Shown here: positions 52,501 through 64,000 of the stretch, one piece after another
How positions within the stretch are numbered: position 1 is the first letter of the stretch
Layout of the letters: each line of letters starts with the position of its first letter
Source: Hemiscyllium ocellatum
Lineage: Eukaryota
NCBI RefSeq assembly: GCF_020745735.1
Contig: NC_083437.1
Location: forward strand, 25,606,001-25,670,000
Direction of reading: 5' to 3'
DNA length: 64,000 nt
Notes under the pieces: generated by a model
What the model saw: only the letters and a program-made list of their open reading frames with translations
Database searches by the model: none
What the model was told of the DNA's origin: nothing
Translations under genes and position numbers: made by a program

Positions 52501-55500
52501 TTGTTTTTGTGAATATCTAACTCAACCACTCTTTCAAGTAGTTCTAGACTCTCATCACCCTCCCAGTGAATAAAAACCATCTCGATTCTCCCTTTGACCT
52601 TCTACCTCTGAAATCTACACCCTTGAGTTATTGATCCCTTAGTAGAAAATGTGCCGTCCTATCCTTTTTCTGCCCCTCATCATTTTATACACCTCTATCA
52701 GGTCCCCTCTAAACCTTTGCTGCTCCTTGGAAATCAACTTCAGACTATCTTCCTCACAGCTCAGGAAGCTTCATGGTGAATCTCCTATGCACCCTCAATT
52801 ATATCCATCCTATAACGTGTTGACCTGAAATACTCCATGCAATACTCTAGTTGTCGCCAAACCAGCATTTTATACATTCTTGTGTAACTCCTTGCTCTTG
52901 TATTTCTGTGCCTTGAGAACAAAAATTGACAGATGGGGGTCAATATTTTAATAGGCTGTTGAGGGTGGGGTGGAATGGCTTCTGATTAATAAGTGACTGT
53001 TAATTATTACATAATTTATTTTCTTTTAATTTGATGAAAGATTGGGATCACAATCAATGAGTCATAGATATGTACAGCACAGAAACAGAACATTTGGTCC
53101 AACTTGTCCGTGCCTACCAGATATCCCAACTCAATCTAGTCCTATTTGCCAGCACGTGGCCCATTTCTCTCTAAAGCCATGTACCCATGTACCCATCCAG
53201 ATGCCTTTTAAATGTTGCAGTTTTACCAGCCTCCACCACTTCCTCTAGCAGCTCATTCCAAACATGTATGAACCTCTGCATGAAAAAGTTGACGCTTAGG
53301 TCTCTTTATATCTTTGCCCTCTAGTCTGGACTCCCCCACCCCAGGGAAAAGACTTTGTCTATTTATCCTATCCATGCCCCTCATGATTTTATAAACCTCT
53401 ATAAGATCACTCCTCAGCCTCCAACACTCCAGTGAAACCGGAACCAGCCTATACAACTTCTCCCTATAGCTCTAATCCTCTAACCCTAGCAACATCCTTG
53501 AAAATCTTTTCTGAACCCTTTCAAGTTTCACAACATCCTTCTGATAGTAGGGAAACCTGAATTGAATGCAGTATTCCAAAAGTGACCTAACCAATGTCCT
53601 GTACAGCTGCAACATGACCTCCCAACTCCTATACTGAATTCTCTGACCAATAACGGAAAGTGTACCAAACACCTTCTTCACTATTCTATCTACATGCAAT
53701 TCTACTTTCAAGGCCTCTTTGTTCAGCAACACTCTCTAGGATCTTACCATTAAGTGTGTAAGTCCTGCTAAGATTTGCTTTCCCAAAATGCTGCACCTCA
53801 CATTTATCTAAATTAATTTCCATCTGCCACTCCTCAGCCCATTGCCCCATCTGATCAAGATCCTGTTGTAATTTGAGGTAACCTCCTTCACTGTTCACTA
53901 CACCTCCAATTTATGGTGTCATTGCAAACTTACTAATTATATCTCGTATGTTCATATATATATATATGAACATACATATTTATATAAATGACAAAAAGTA
54001 GTGGGCCCAGCACTGATCCTTGTGGCACCCCACTGGTCACAGGCCTCCATTCTGAAAAACAACCCTCCACCACCACTCTTTGTCTTCTTGAGGCAGTTCT
54101 GTGTCCAAATGGCTAAGTTCTCCCTCTATTCTATGATATATAACCTTGCTAACAAGTCTCCCACGAGGAACATTGCCGAACACCTTACTGAAGTTCATAT
54201 AGATCACATCCACCACTCTGCCCTCATCTATCCTCTTTGTTACTTTTTCAAGTTTGTGAGACATGATTTGCCACACACAAAGCCATGTTGACTATCCCTA
54301 ATCAGTCCTTGCCTTTCCAAATACGTGTAAATCCTGTCCCTCAGGATTCCCTCCAATAACTTGTTCACCACCGTCAGGCTCACCGGTCTATATTCCTTGG
54401 CTTGTCCTTACCACCTTTCTTAAATAATGGTACCACATAAGCCAACCTCCAGAATTCTGGCACCTCACCTGTGACTATCAATGATACAAATATCTCAGTA
54501 AGAGACCCAACAGTCACTTCTCTAGCTTCCCACAGAGTTCTAGGCTACACCTGATCAGGTCCTGGGGATTTATCCACTTTTATGCATTTTAAGACATCCA
54601 GCACTTCCTCCTCTGTAATATGGACATTTTTCAAGATGTCACTATCTATTTCCCCACATTCTATATCTCAGAGATTTCCATGCTTGTTGCCAAGTCCATT
54701 TCTGTAGCATGAATGGCAAGTCAATCTTGCTCAGAGTGGTGTAAAGTGTTTTTCATCTCTTGAAAGAATTATTCAGTAATGCTGTTGACACGTGTCTCAG
54801 AGTGACTGTAGGAGAGTTTGCATGATCATTGCAGGATGATGGACCTAGTGAGTCTGTCTTGTTCAGATCATTTCAGAAACAATTGCATTTAATTAAAAAT
54901 CATTAAACACCAGGTTATATTTGGAAGCACTAGCTTTCGGAGCGCTGCTCCTTCATAAGGTGATTGTGGAAATTGCATTTAACAAAATAATAATTTTAAG
55001 AGAGTTGCTGTAGGATATTAATTATGTAGCATGCTGGAAATCAAGCCTTCCTATTCTCAGAGGTGTCCTCAAAGTTAAAGATTTTCAAAAGTATACAGAA
55101 TTCCTCAATTTATCTTCTTTCGGGCCCAGGTTGATAGAAAACATAGACTATGTTTCTGTACTTAACAAGAATGACTATTTCAAATAAATAAATTCTAATG
55201 ACAAACAAACAATTATGAACCATCAATTGATAACTCTGCTAGAGTTAAAACTGTAACTCCCCTTATAAATGCCCTGTCTCTAAACACACTTGAATAACAT
55301 GTGGAAAACAAAATATAGGTGGAATTAAAGAGTGGAGTAGCAGTTCAGTGGCCCCTGTCCACAGGGTTTGCTGGGATGATTCTTGGCCTGATCAGAGGAC
55401 TGCTTCTTTATCATCCTTCTCCAGATACTCCCACCTGTTTGCAGGAGGCACAGAGTGGCCGGTTCCCTTTTAGACAGGTCTTTAATTTATCAGTTAAATC

Positions 55501-58500
55501 ACAGGTTAGATATCTGGGAGTAGATCACATAGTTGTTGGCAAGCAGAAAACCTTCATCATTGATAATTGGCTACTAGTCCACAGACCAATCAGGTACTTG
55601 TTGCCAGGCAAAGCTACTTTCATGCGCACCCCATTGACTCCAAGCAGCTGTGCAAACAGTACTTACAATAAGTGACAGGTACATTTTTTTAAAAAATGCA
55701 GCAATCCTTCAATAATCCATGACTTTTAAAACAATTGTTTTCTCACAACCAAAAATACAAAAAAAACTCTTCCCCATTGTATTGAGCTGGTGCCTGAGAG
55801 TTACAGGAGGGTATGTATATTCTGTGAGTCTGTGACTGTAAATTGTAAATTGATGTGCTTCAGCCACAAACTCTGCTTTTTGTTGTTTCTTGCAGAAAAT
55901 CTCTTGGTATTCACTGTCGCCACAAAAGAAACAGATGGCTTCAAGCGATTCATGAGATCTGCAAATTTCTTCAATTACACGGTTAAGGTGATAGAAGTTG
56001 GAGAAAATTATACATAAACTAACACAATATCAATGAGAACAGATCAGCAACTGATATCAGAGACTAATGAAGTTGCTCTCTAATGCAAAATGCTTCTGTC
56101 AAATTAACTCCTGATTGACTGGACTAAAACAATAAGGTTTTTATAAAGTTTCCAATTGCAGTTAACATTCTCACAACCAAATGATGCTGTCAACCCAGCT
56201 AATTACTCAGTTTTTAAGTTTTCGATTAGTTGGTTCAGTCCGTTGGATCATTCTGAGATTTGAGGGTGGGAAAAGGATGTGTATGGGATGGTCCACATCA
56301 TTGTAGATTCAGCAAGTTTGAGGGCAGTGCAAACTGCTGGGTGCAATGTTTAATTATCAGGAAACTTGTTGAACATATTTTACCTAATAACTAAATCAGT
56401 CAGGTGACTGAAAATATACAGGCACCCTAAGAGGAATAGTTGGCTGATTTGTCATCTTGTGTGTTGGTTATGGGTAATGTCAATGTATGATATTACAAAA
56501 ATCAATCATTGGATCCTCTTTCTTTAACTGAGGTTATGAATATAAATTAAAATCTCAGACATCCCACCTCCTTGACTAATGATTTGTAACAAATCCAACG
56601 CAGAGGGTGGTACGTGTATGGAACGAGCTGCCAGAGGAAGTGGTGGAGGCTGGTACAATTGCAACATTTAAAAGGCATTTGGATGGGTATATGAATAGGA
56701 AGGGCTTGGAGGGATATGGGCTAGGTGCCGGCAGGTGGGACTAGATTAAGTTGGGATAGTTGGCCAGCATGGACAGGTTGGACCGAAGGGTCTGTTTCCA
56801 TGCTGTACATCTCTATAACTCTATAACACAATGTCAGAACACTTTAACTGATGTTTGCTTGCTCCTAATAAGTAGAATAGATCATTCCCAATTGAGTATT
56901 CAAGGGCAGTTTAGCATTGCTCGATCTCAAGGGTGTTTAATAGTGAAAACTGTCCCTTTTTGTATTTTGTAGGTGTTGGGTCTGGGTGAGGAGTGGACAG
57001 GTGGAGATGTGACAAAATCCTCAGGAGGCGGGCAGAAAGTACGGATTCTGAAGCAAGCCTTGAAATCATATGCCACAGAGAAAGAACTGATCATTCTGTT
57101 TGTGGACAGGTACACCCCAGCTGTATGAGACCTCCCTGCATGGGGTGGGGTTGTGAGTTTCTCCTAGATTTGACCTATCTGATTTCTCAGCTGAGTGCAG
57201 GAGATCACAGAGTACTATTCTGAAGAAGAATGGAAGAATTTCTCACAATGACTTAAACAATATTTATCCCTCAACAACATTAACTCTTCTATATCACTTT
57301 GCTGTTAGAAGGAGCTTGTTGCATGCAACTTGGCTGCCAGCATTCTTAAATTACAACAGTGCATGTGCTTCAAAACCTATTGGAAACATCCTGAGATAGT
57401 GAGGTGCTATTTAAATTCAATTCCTCCTTTCTGTCACCACCTAATCTTGTAATGTTTTGCAGCTATGATGTAATATTTGCTTCAGGGCCTGACGAATTAC
57501 TGAAGAAGTTTCATCAGGCAAAGCATAATGTGGTCTTTGCTGCTGAGGGCTTTATTTGGCCCAATCACCATCTTGAAGTCCAGTACCCTCATGTAAGGGA
57601 AGGCAAGCGATTCCTCAATTCCGGAGGTGAGTTTCCACATTTGCGTTGCCCAAAGTTCACCTTTTTGAGTATTACAGGCACAGTGAATGCTTGGATTTAT
57701 ATCTGTGTGTAAAACAGAAAGTATTAGAGAAACTCAGTAACATTTAAAGAGACAGAAATAGAGTTAACATTAAGTCACACGTGACTGTTCTTACAAATAA
57801 AAGTCAAATTGGACTTAAAACATTAACCCACTTTTTCTCTCCACAGATGCTGGCAGATCTGCTGAGTTCCTCCAGCAATTTCTGTTTTTATTTCAAATCT
57901 GCAGCTTTCATAGTGCTTTGCTTTTATTTCTATGTAAAGCAGCTTGTGTATAATACTATGTTTCCAGTAAATAACTTGTGGTTGTATGGAAGCGTGCACA
58001 TGAACATGTCTATGTGTGAATAAATTTGTGTTTATATTTGTACGGGTGCCTCCATGCATATATATCTGTCTTCAAGTAGGTGTTCATGTGGTTGTTTATG
58101 TACATCTTTAATTTAGTTCTGTGCTAGTAAACTCCAATACCTTGTAATATTTGCTAAAAAAAAGGATCAGGATTACAGTGCCTGGATATGATACAAATTC
58201 ATAATCCTTTTGGGAAATTTCAGGATTTATTGGCTTTGCTCCAAATATTTATGAACTTGTGGAACCCTGGGATCTGCAGGACAAACATGATGATCAACTC
58301 TTTTACACAAAAACATACCTGGATCCAAAGAAGAGGGTAAGGAACTGGAGAGAGCATTGAAGAGTATAGACTTTGGTGGACAATAGTGGAACACTATGGT
58401 AAGGTATTATTCAGCAACATAGGATGTTATGTTGTCTAAGCTTGGTGTCAGGTGAGAAGTGAACATCATTTCCAGTTAGCATTTCAGCACCTCTCAGGTG

Positions 58501-61500
58501 ATTACACCAATCTCAGTTTATTACAGATGAATGTATAAGTAGCTTGGTGAATCTTGTGATAAAGCACAGTGGCTCAGTGTTTGGTGGCACGGTAGCTCAG
58601 TGGTTAGTACTACTGTCTTACAGCGCCAGGGATCTGGGTTCAATTCCAGCCTGGGGACTGTCTGTGGGGAGTTTGCACATTCTCTCCTTATTTGTGTGAG
58701 TTTCCTCCAGGTGCTCTGGTTTCCTCCCACATATGAAAGATGTGTAGGTTGGGTGAATTGGCCATGCTGAATTGCCCATAGTGTTCATGGATGTGTAGGT
58801 TAGGTGCATTGGTCAAGGGAAATGTAGAGTAATAGGGAGGGGAATGGGATACTCTTTGGAGAGTCGGTGTGGGCTTGTTGAGCCAAATGACCCTTTTTCA
58901 CACTGTAGGGAATTTATGATTTCAAAGCAGAAAGGAATCTTTGATGCTGAGTTACCCCTCAGAGTTGAAGGATCTACTGCCTTGTTTAAAGAGCACCTGG
59001 ACAGCTATCCACCAGGAACATCAGTTCTGCCTTTGTAGCACCCCATCATCCAAAACTGTTACCCAGCAATATCACAGGCACAACAGAACATGATCCCATG
59101 TTCAGGGATGCCTCACTGCACCATAGCTAGTAGAAGTGCAGGATTCACATGTCCCATCCTCATTTATGCATGAAGTGATAGAATAAATGGCAGGGATCAA
59201 TCTGTTCACTATTTCCTTTGCTGTTCTCATTTTTTTCCTGCTTTTGACCATACAAAATGCCTTTCATCTCAAATTTTATTGTAGTTCCTGACCTTGCTGA
59301 CATTTCAATGTCATGAGGCTCCTGAGTCATGGAGTGAACGTGTTGCCCTATGGGCACTTCACATAGAGAGGAGAGTACACTTGAGCCTGGTTCTCATGCT
59401 GTTGGCTCATTGCTACAAGAATTTGCCTTTAGTTAACCCCAGGAACTCTACAGTAACTCCTCCCATCTGCAAATCCCTGCTTTCTATTTGACTATGCATT
59501 ATTGATGAGAAACTCTGCCCTGATCTAGAGAAAAGCAAAATGGTCTGCATCACTTTCATTTCCAAAGTTCCACTACACTTTCCTTCATTTCATCTTCCCT
59601 CCTTCCCTCCTTCCTCTTCCTCCTTCCTCTCCCTCCCAACCTCTCCCTGAGAGCATAGCCATCATCTTCACCATGCCCATCCATGGAACTACCTACTGCT
59701 TTACCTTTAAAGACCTCCCTCATGTGACCATCTGCCTCTTTTCTATGAACTGGGAACTCTCAAAGCCCCACTTCGCCCTATCTCTGACACTGTCCCAGCC
59801 ACTTCCCAATATCTTCAACTTAATCACCATGACCCCAACATTGACACAACTGATAGTAGCCTGTAGACACAGTACCTTCAGTCAACCACCAGCCCTGCCT
59901 AAGAAACCACTCCAAACTGTAGCTGCACCATTCACATTCACTATAACCCTTCCCTGGTGGTGAATACCCTACTACATTGCAACAGACATAATTCCTCAAT
60001 TTGGCCAGGCTCCTTACCCCTTGTCTGTTACACTCCATGGTCATCTTCCACGGCCTGTACAAACTGGGGTACCATCACCCAATCTCAGTCAAGACACGGA
60101 GTAGACAAACACTCCCCAAAAAGGACAAAACCATGGCTAGTTACTCCAATATCCTTGAGATGATGCATTTGACTAGTGCACACCTGTTATACAATAGAAA
60201 TCTGGAAGTCAAATATTGCTTGCTGATAGAGAAATTAATTGGCAGAGGTAGCCTCTGGCAAGCTAGTATTTTAGTAGGCGTACATGAGATGCAAATACAT
60301 GCAAAAAGGCTTCCAGACCTTTGCTGTTGTGAAGCTCAACCCACCTCTAAAATTCTGCAAACTTAATTGCAAAAGATACCCCGTCCATTGAAATTCTGAA
60401 TTTTGGCATCCTGCAGAATTAAGATTTCGCACCCCCCCCCCCCCCCTCCACCCCACCCCCCCCCACCTCCCACCTCCCACCATGGTCCACACTCCCCACT
60501 TCTCGGAGCAGCACAAGCTTCTGTTCATTGTGACCAACAAAGTTCTATTTATTCTGTTTATTATCTTCCTGTTCACATTTGCCTTCTTTCCATTTTTTTT
60601 TCCAGGCAAGTTTGAACATTACTTTGGACCACAAATGTCGGATATTCCAGAATTTGAACGGAGCACTTGGTATGTTCGGGTTGGGATCCTGTATAGGTCT
60701 CTGTGTTTCCCACTTTTCTGAATCACAGTCAGGAGTCATGTCACAAAGCATTCAATCAAGAATTCAAGCATAAAGCAGATATGAAAATAGAAGCCAATCG
60801 TGGAATAGTGGTAATGTCAGCTGATGAGTAATCCAGAAGCCCAGGCAAATGCTTTGGGAACATGATTTAAAATCTCCCCTCTGTCAGCTGGTACAATTTA
60901 AATTAAATTAGTTCACAGAAGCACTTCACAGGAGGCTCCCAAGCACTGAAGATGTCACCTAGAAAGGGGACGAAACGTTTGCAACAAAAACTCCCAGCTC
61001 GGCGAACAGAACCATAACAATGAGCACCCAAGCTACAAATCTTCTCACAAGCTTTGATCAATTAGTTCAATTAAATTCTATTACAGTGGAAATTGGAAGT
61101 TAATGCTAATCTTAGTGATGTTGATGATGACTGTCAACATTAATTGTTGTAAAAATCCACCAGGTTCACTAGTGTCTTTAGAAAAGGGAATGTGCCATCC
61201 TTACCTGGTCTGGCCAATGTGTGACTGCAGAGCAATGTGGTTGACTCTCTGAAACCACCTAGCAAGTCACTCCATTAAAGTTCAAACAGCCCATTTAAAG
61301 ATGGGTAACAAATACTGTCTTGCCAGACATGTCCACATCCTAGGAAAGAATAAAGAAGAAAATAACATAATTATACAATTGTCAATTCACCTAAAATTCA
61401 AAACCAGTTTCATAGCAGTGACCTTTGGTTCATAAAGATCATCAGGAGTGTGTACTTGGGGCATAACCTCCCACCAGTTGTAGTTGTTCAAGATGCTAGA

Positions 61501-62042
61501 GTAAAGGCAAATGTTGTCAGTGAAGTTATGAACCTAGGCAGAGCTGTCCTGGTGCTGGCTACCAACTGAATTCTAGCTGAAGCAGACAATGGAAATTGGA
61601 AACTGAATGCTGAATGCTGAGATCGCAACCATCACTGAACAATGAATATTCCATGTTCTTTCCTGACAGTGTACAGAGAGCTAAAAGCAGAAAACATTGG
61701 AAATGTATAGTGGGAAATCTCTCTCCACAGACACAAATTTCTGAATGTTTCCAGAACTTTGTTTTATGTTAGATATGTTGCATGTACAATCTAGTATTTT
61801 TGTCTTAAACTTACATTGATAAACTAACTTCAAGGGAATATAGAATTAATAGTGAAAGTTCCTTTTATAATAACTGTCAGTATTGAGATTTAATAGTGCT
61901 AACACAATCTGTCATTCGCTGGTCTCTCTCTCTCTGATTGCCAGATGAAGTGGTTCTGAAGTTTGAAGATAAACGAGTAAGAGCACGAAACATGGAGTAT
62001 AATTCATTGCCTGTCATCATCCATGGAAATGGTCCCACAAAG
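49460..62042 (+). CDS. PLOD1: PLOD1 procollagen-lysine 5-dioxygenase 1 (lysyl hydroxylase 1), coding exons 1-7; gene continues beyond the window
   Basis: Exons 49460-49583, 55896-55987, 56973-57109, 57463-57626, 58224-58336, 60606-60669, 61945-62042 splice in frame. Motifs TVATKET, GGGQKV, DSYDV, DDQLFYT, IFQNLNG, HGNGPTK; adjacent to KIAA2013. Confidence 0.93.
49700..50725 (+). repeat. G-rich low-complexity tract (GGG/GGGG runs) in PLOD1 intron 1
   Basis: About 1 kb of ggggtggggatggg-like units, almost no C on the + strand. Confidence 0.9.
51568..51772. mobile_element. Fold-back Penelope-like element, third family (GAAACGTTAAC type)
   Basis: Inverted repeat with ttctga(a/g)gaagagt...gactcgaaa hammerhead-like cores on both strands; related copies at about 18640-18750, 29290-29480, 32955-33070, 35025-35530 and 57710-57930. 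Confidence 0.7.
51775..52490 (-). mobile_element. CR1/HER1-like LINE 3' fragment with internal deletion
   Basis: DFSKAFDK...WIQRW joined directly to [13 protein letters not shown]. Confidence 0.9.
53058..54668 (-). mobile_element. CR1/HER1-like LINE 3' portion
   Basis: RT fragments [17 protein letters not shown] and [13 protein letters not shown]; same family as 14880-16480. Confidence 0.9.
55896..55987 (+). CDS. PLOD1: PLOD1 exon 2
   Basis: ttgcag|AA...AAG|gtgata, 92 nt, [30 protein letters not shown]. Confidence 0.95.
56598..56826 (+). mobile_element. CR1/HER1-like 3' end
   Basis: cgcagagggtggtacgtgtatggaacgagctgccagagg...ctctataactctat. Confidence 0.85.
56973..57109 (+). CDS. PLOD1: PLOD1 exon 3
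   Basis: ttgtag|GTG...GAC AG|gtacac, 137 nt, [27 protein letters not shown]...LFVD. Confidence 0.95.
57463..57626 (+). CDS. PLOD1: PLOD1 exon 4
   Basis: ttgcag|C TAT GAT...GGA G|gtgagt, 164 nt. Confidence 0.95.
58224..58336 (+). CDS. PLOD1: PLOD1 exon 5
   Basis: tttcag|GA TTT ATT...AGG|gtaagg, 113 nt, [37 protein letters not shown]. Confidence 0.95.
58583..58915 (+). mobile_element. HE1/V-SINE-type SINE, older copy
   Basis: ggtggcacggtagctcagtggttag...ggttcaattcc...V-domain. Confidence 0.85.
60606..60669 (+). CDS. PLOD1: PLOD1 exon 6
   Basis: ttccag|GCA...CTT G|gtatgt, 64 nt, [21 protein letters not shown]. Confidence 0.95.
60916..61059 (+). mobile_element. Short hammerhead-containing Penelope-like 3' end inserted in a SINE
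   Basis: 10-bp TSD aattagttca at 60906-60915 and 61060-61069. Confidence 0.7.
60943..60982 (+). ncRNA. Minimal hammerhead ribozyme motif, distinct family
   Basis: gca CTGAAGA t gtcacc tagaaa ggggac GAAA c GTT tgc. Confidence 0.72.
61945..62042 (+). CDS. PLOD1: PLOD1 exon 7
   Basis: tgccag|AT GAA...AAG|gtaggt, 98 nt, [32 protein letters not shown]. Confidence 0.95.
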
Positions 62043-62619
62043 GTAGGTGTGTCTCTATAGTCATGATCCCAAGTTTATTACAGGGCAGGAATCTCATTCA
62101 GATCATCTAGTGAGATTCTAACATCCTACATTGTGATATGCGATTGTTTCTTACATCTAATATCTCATGCCATTTAAGATGGGGATAAAGTTAACATTTT
62201 GGCTCAATGAAAGGTATTTGATGTGAAATATTAATTTTACTTCTCTCTCTACATATGTTTCAGAGCATTTTCAGCATTTTCTGTTTTAGTTAGACATCTT
62301 ATAAAGATGTTAAGCAGGGATGTGGCAGTAAATTGATTCATTTTTCAAAAACCCAGTAGAAGCACGAATGGCCTCCTGCATGCATGTATATATAATTCTG
62401 TATGTGATATTACCTTTAATTTGCCTGTTTATCATTGCTGTCATATTCATTCAAAATGTCCCTTTCCTGCTGTGGCAATTTCTCTCTAACTCTTAGTTAC
62501 TTATCTGTCATTATTTCTGTCATTTCCTCTGCCAGTCATTCACTCTTTCATTAATTTTCTGTCATGCCAGTTCTCCACACTCTTTCTTGGTCACTGCCTC
62601 AATTTACCTTCAGTGCTTT

Positions 62620-63055
62620 GGTAATCAAGCCGAGTGATACTATGACTAGATTAATAATCCAGTGACCCAGGTAATGTTCTGGGGACCAGAGTTTAAATCC
62701 AGCATTGGCAGATGATGGATTTGGAATTCAATAGAAATCTGGAATTAAGAGTCTGATGATGACCATGAAACCATTGTCGATTGTCAGGAAAATCCATCTG
62801 GTTCACTGATGTCCTTGAGGGAAGGAAACTGCTGTCCTTCCTTGGTCTTGCCTGTATAGAATCATTAGCATAGGAGCAGGCTCTTTCGTCCAACCAGTCC
62901 ACGCTGCCCATTATCCCAAACTAAATTAGTCCTATCTGCCATGTGACTCCAGACCCACAGCAATATGGTTAGCTGCCCTCTGGATAATAGGGGTGGGCAA
63001 TAAAGCTGGCCTACACAGAGTCACCCATATCCTATGAATGAATGAAAGAAAAACA
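62620..63055 (+). mobile_element. tRNA-headed SINE with LINE-type tail; family also at about 1121-1345, 20480-20735(-), 26925-27460(-), 45465-45810 and 60800-61345
   Basis: Shared core ctggttcactgatgtcc...gggaaggaaa-ctgc...ccttacctggtctggcc...atgtgactccagaccc and tail gggcaataaa...cccatatcc. Confidence 0.7.
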
Positions 63056-64000
63056 TCTCCACTAGAAATAATAGAAGTGTTAATGTTTCACTCGGTCACC
63101 AAAATGATGAATGTTTTTCTCTTCCTTACTGTTATCCAGCATAAAAAAAAGACTGTCAACAGGTTTCTTCAATAAACTGAAAAATAACTGTTTATTATAA
63201 ACAAATTTCAACTTCACTTTGATGAGAATAGTCTTAGACTTAGGACTTTTAAGGGAAATGACAATTCAGTTTCAGAGTTTAAGAGGAGGTTAAGCATATT
63301 TGTTTCTGGAAATTTATCAGGTTCCTATAAGATATTTCACTGAGAGAGGTTTACGCAGTTATCCTGCTGTAAGGTTTCTCCCTTTTTCAGGTGAAGGAGA
63401 GTTTTTTTTGCTGCCAACCTTTTGGAGGTTTGTCATTTCAACTGTCGCTCCAACCTCTGCACTAAAGCAGTAACTTTAGTTCAAATGATGAACTAGGCAG
63501 CCTTCAGCACTTTGCCCCTATCCCTTCCAAACCAAGATTGTCCAGAAATTAAACTGATCCCTTAACTCTCTTCAAAGCTTTGCTTGTCTTCTTTCCCGAC
63601 ACTTGACTTCCAATAAAACAGCAGGTGGCTAATAGCAAACACTAAAATTTGACTCAGTAATTACTGCTGAACACAACACTCAGAAATTACATGTTTCTTC
63701 AAAATCTTTTCAAACCAGAGTCCAACAGTTTCATATTCCAGTTCCACATAATCCTTAAATATAATTATGTATTCCCTGTCCTTGTTTTCTTGCTCACGTG
63801 CTCTATGTCACATTTTCATTCTCTTGTTCATTCACAAAATCTGTCTCTACTTGTCTCACTTTCATTGATTCTGATTCTAGTCCCTCTCTCTTAAACATGC
63901 TTCCTCTACTTCTTCCTCCCGCTCACTGGCACATGTAGGAAAAAGAATATGCCATTCAGCTTATCAAGCCTGCCCCACCATCCAAAACAATCACAGCTGA

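Overview
Eukaryotic vertebrate genomic DNA, most likely a shark (inferred from HE1/V-SINE, Deu-SINE, CR1 and Penelope-like repeats). Three spliced protein-coding genes were reconstructed by hand from GT-AG junctions and codon phase. (1) An 8-exon minus-strand guanylate cyclase (2043-29644, 725 aa) with a layout unusual for a vertebrate: two TM helices flanking a NIT-like (nitrate/nitrite-sensing-like) extracellular domain, then a coiled coil and an intact cyclase domain, with no kinase-homology or H-NOX domain. (2) KIAA2013 (minus strand). (3) The first 7 coding exons of PLOD1 (plus strand), head-to-head with KIAA2013 across a GC-box-rich promoter. Introns carry CR1 LINE fragments, SINEs and many Penelope-like retroelement ends. 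These ends contain minimal hammerhead ribozyme motifs (at least four sequence families), and several are short fold-back insertions with 10-14 bp target-site duplications. The best candidates for an undescribed system are the NIT-type two-TM guanylate cyclase and the hammerhead-bearing fold-back elements. Repeat boundaries are approximate and all homology calls are from memory, not searches.
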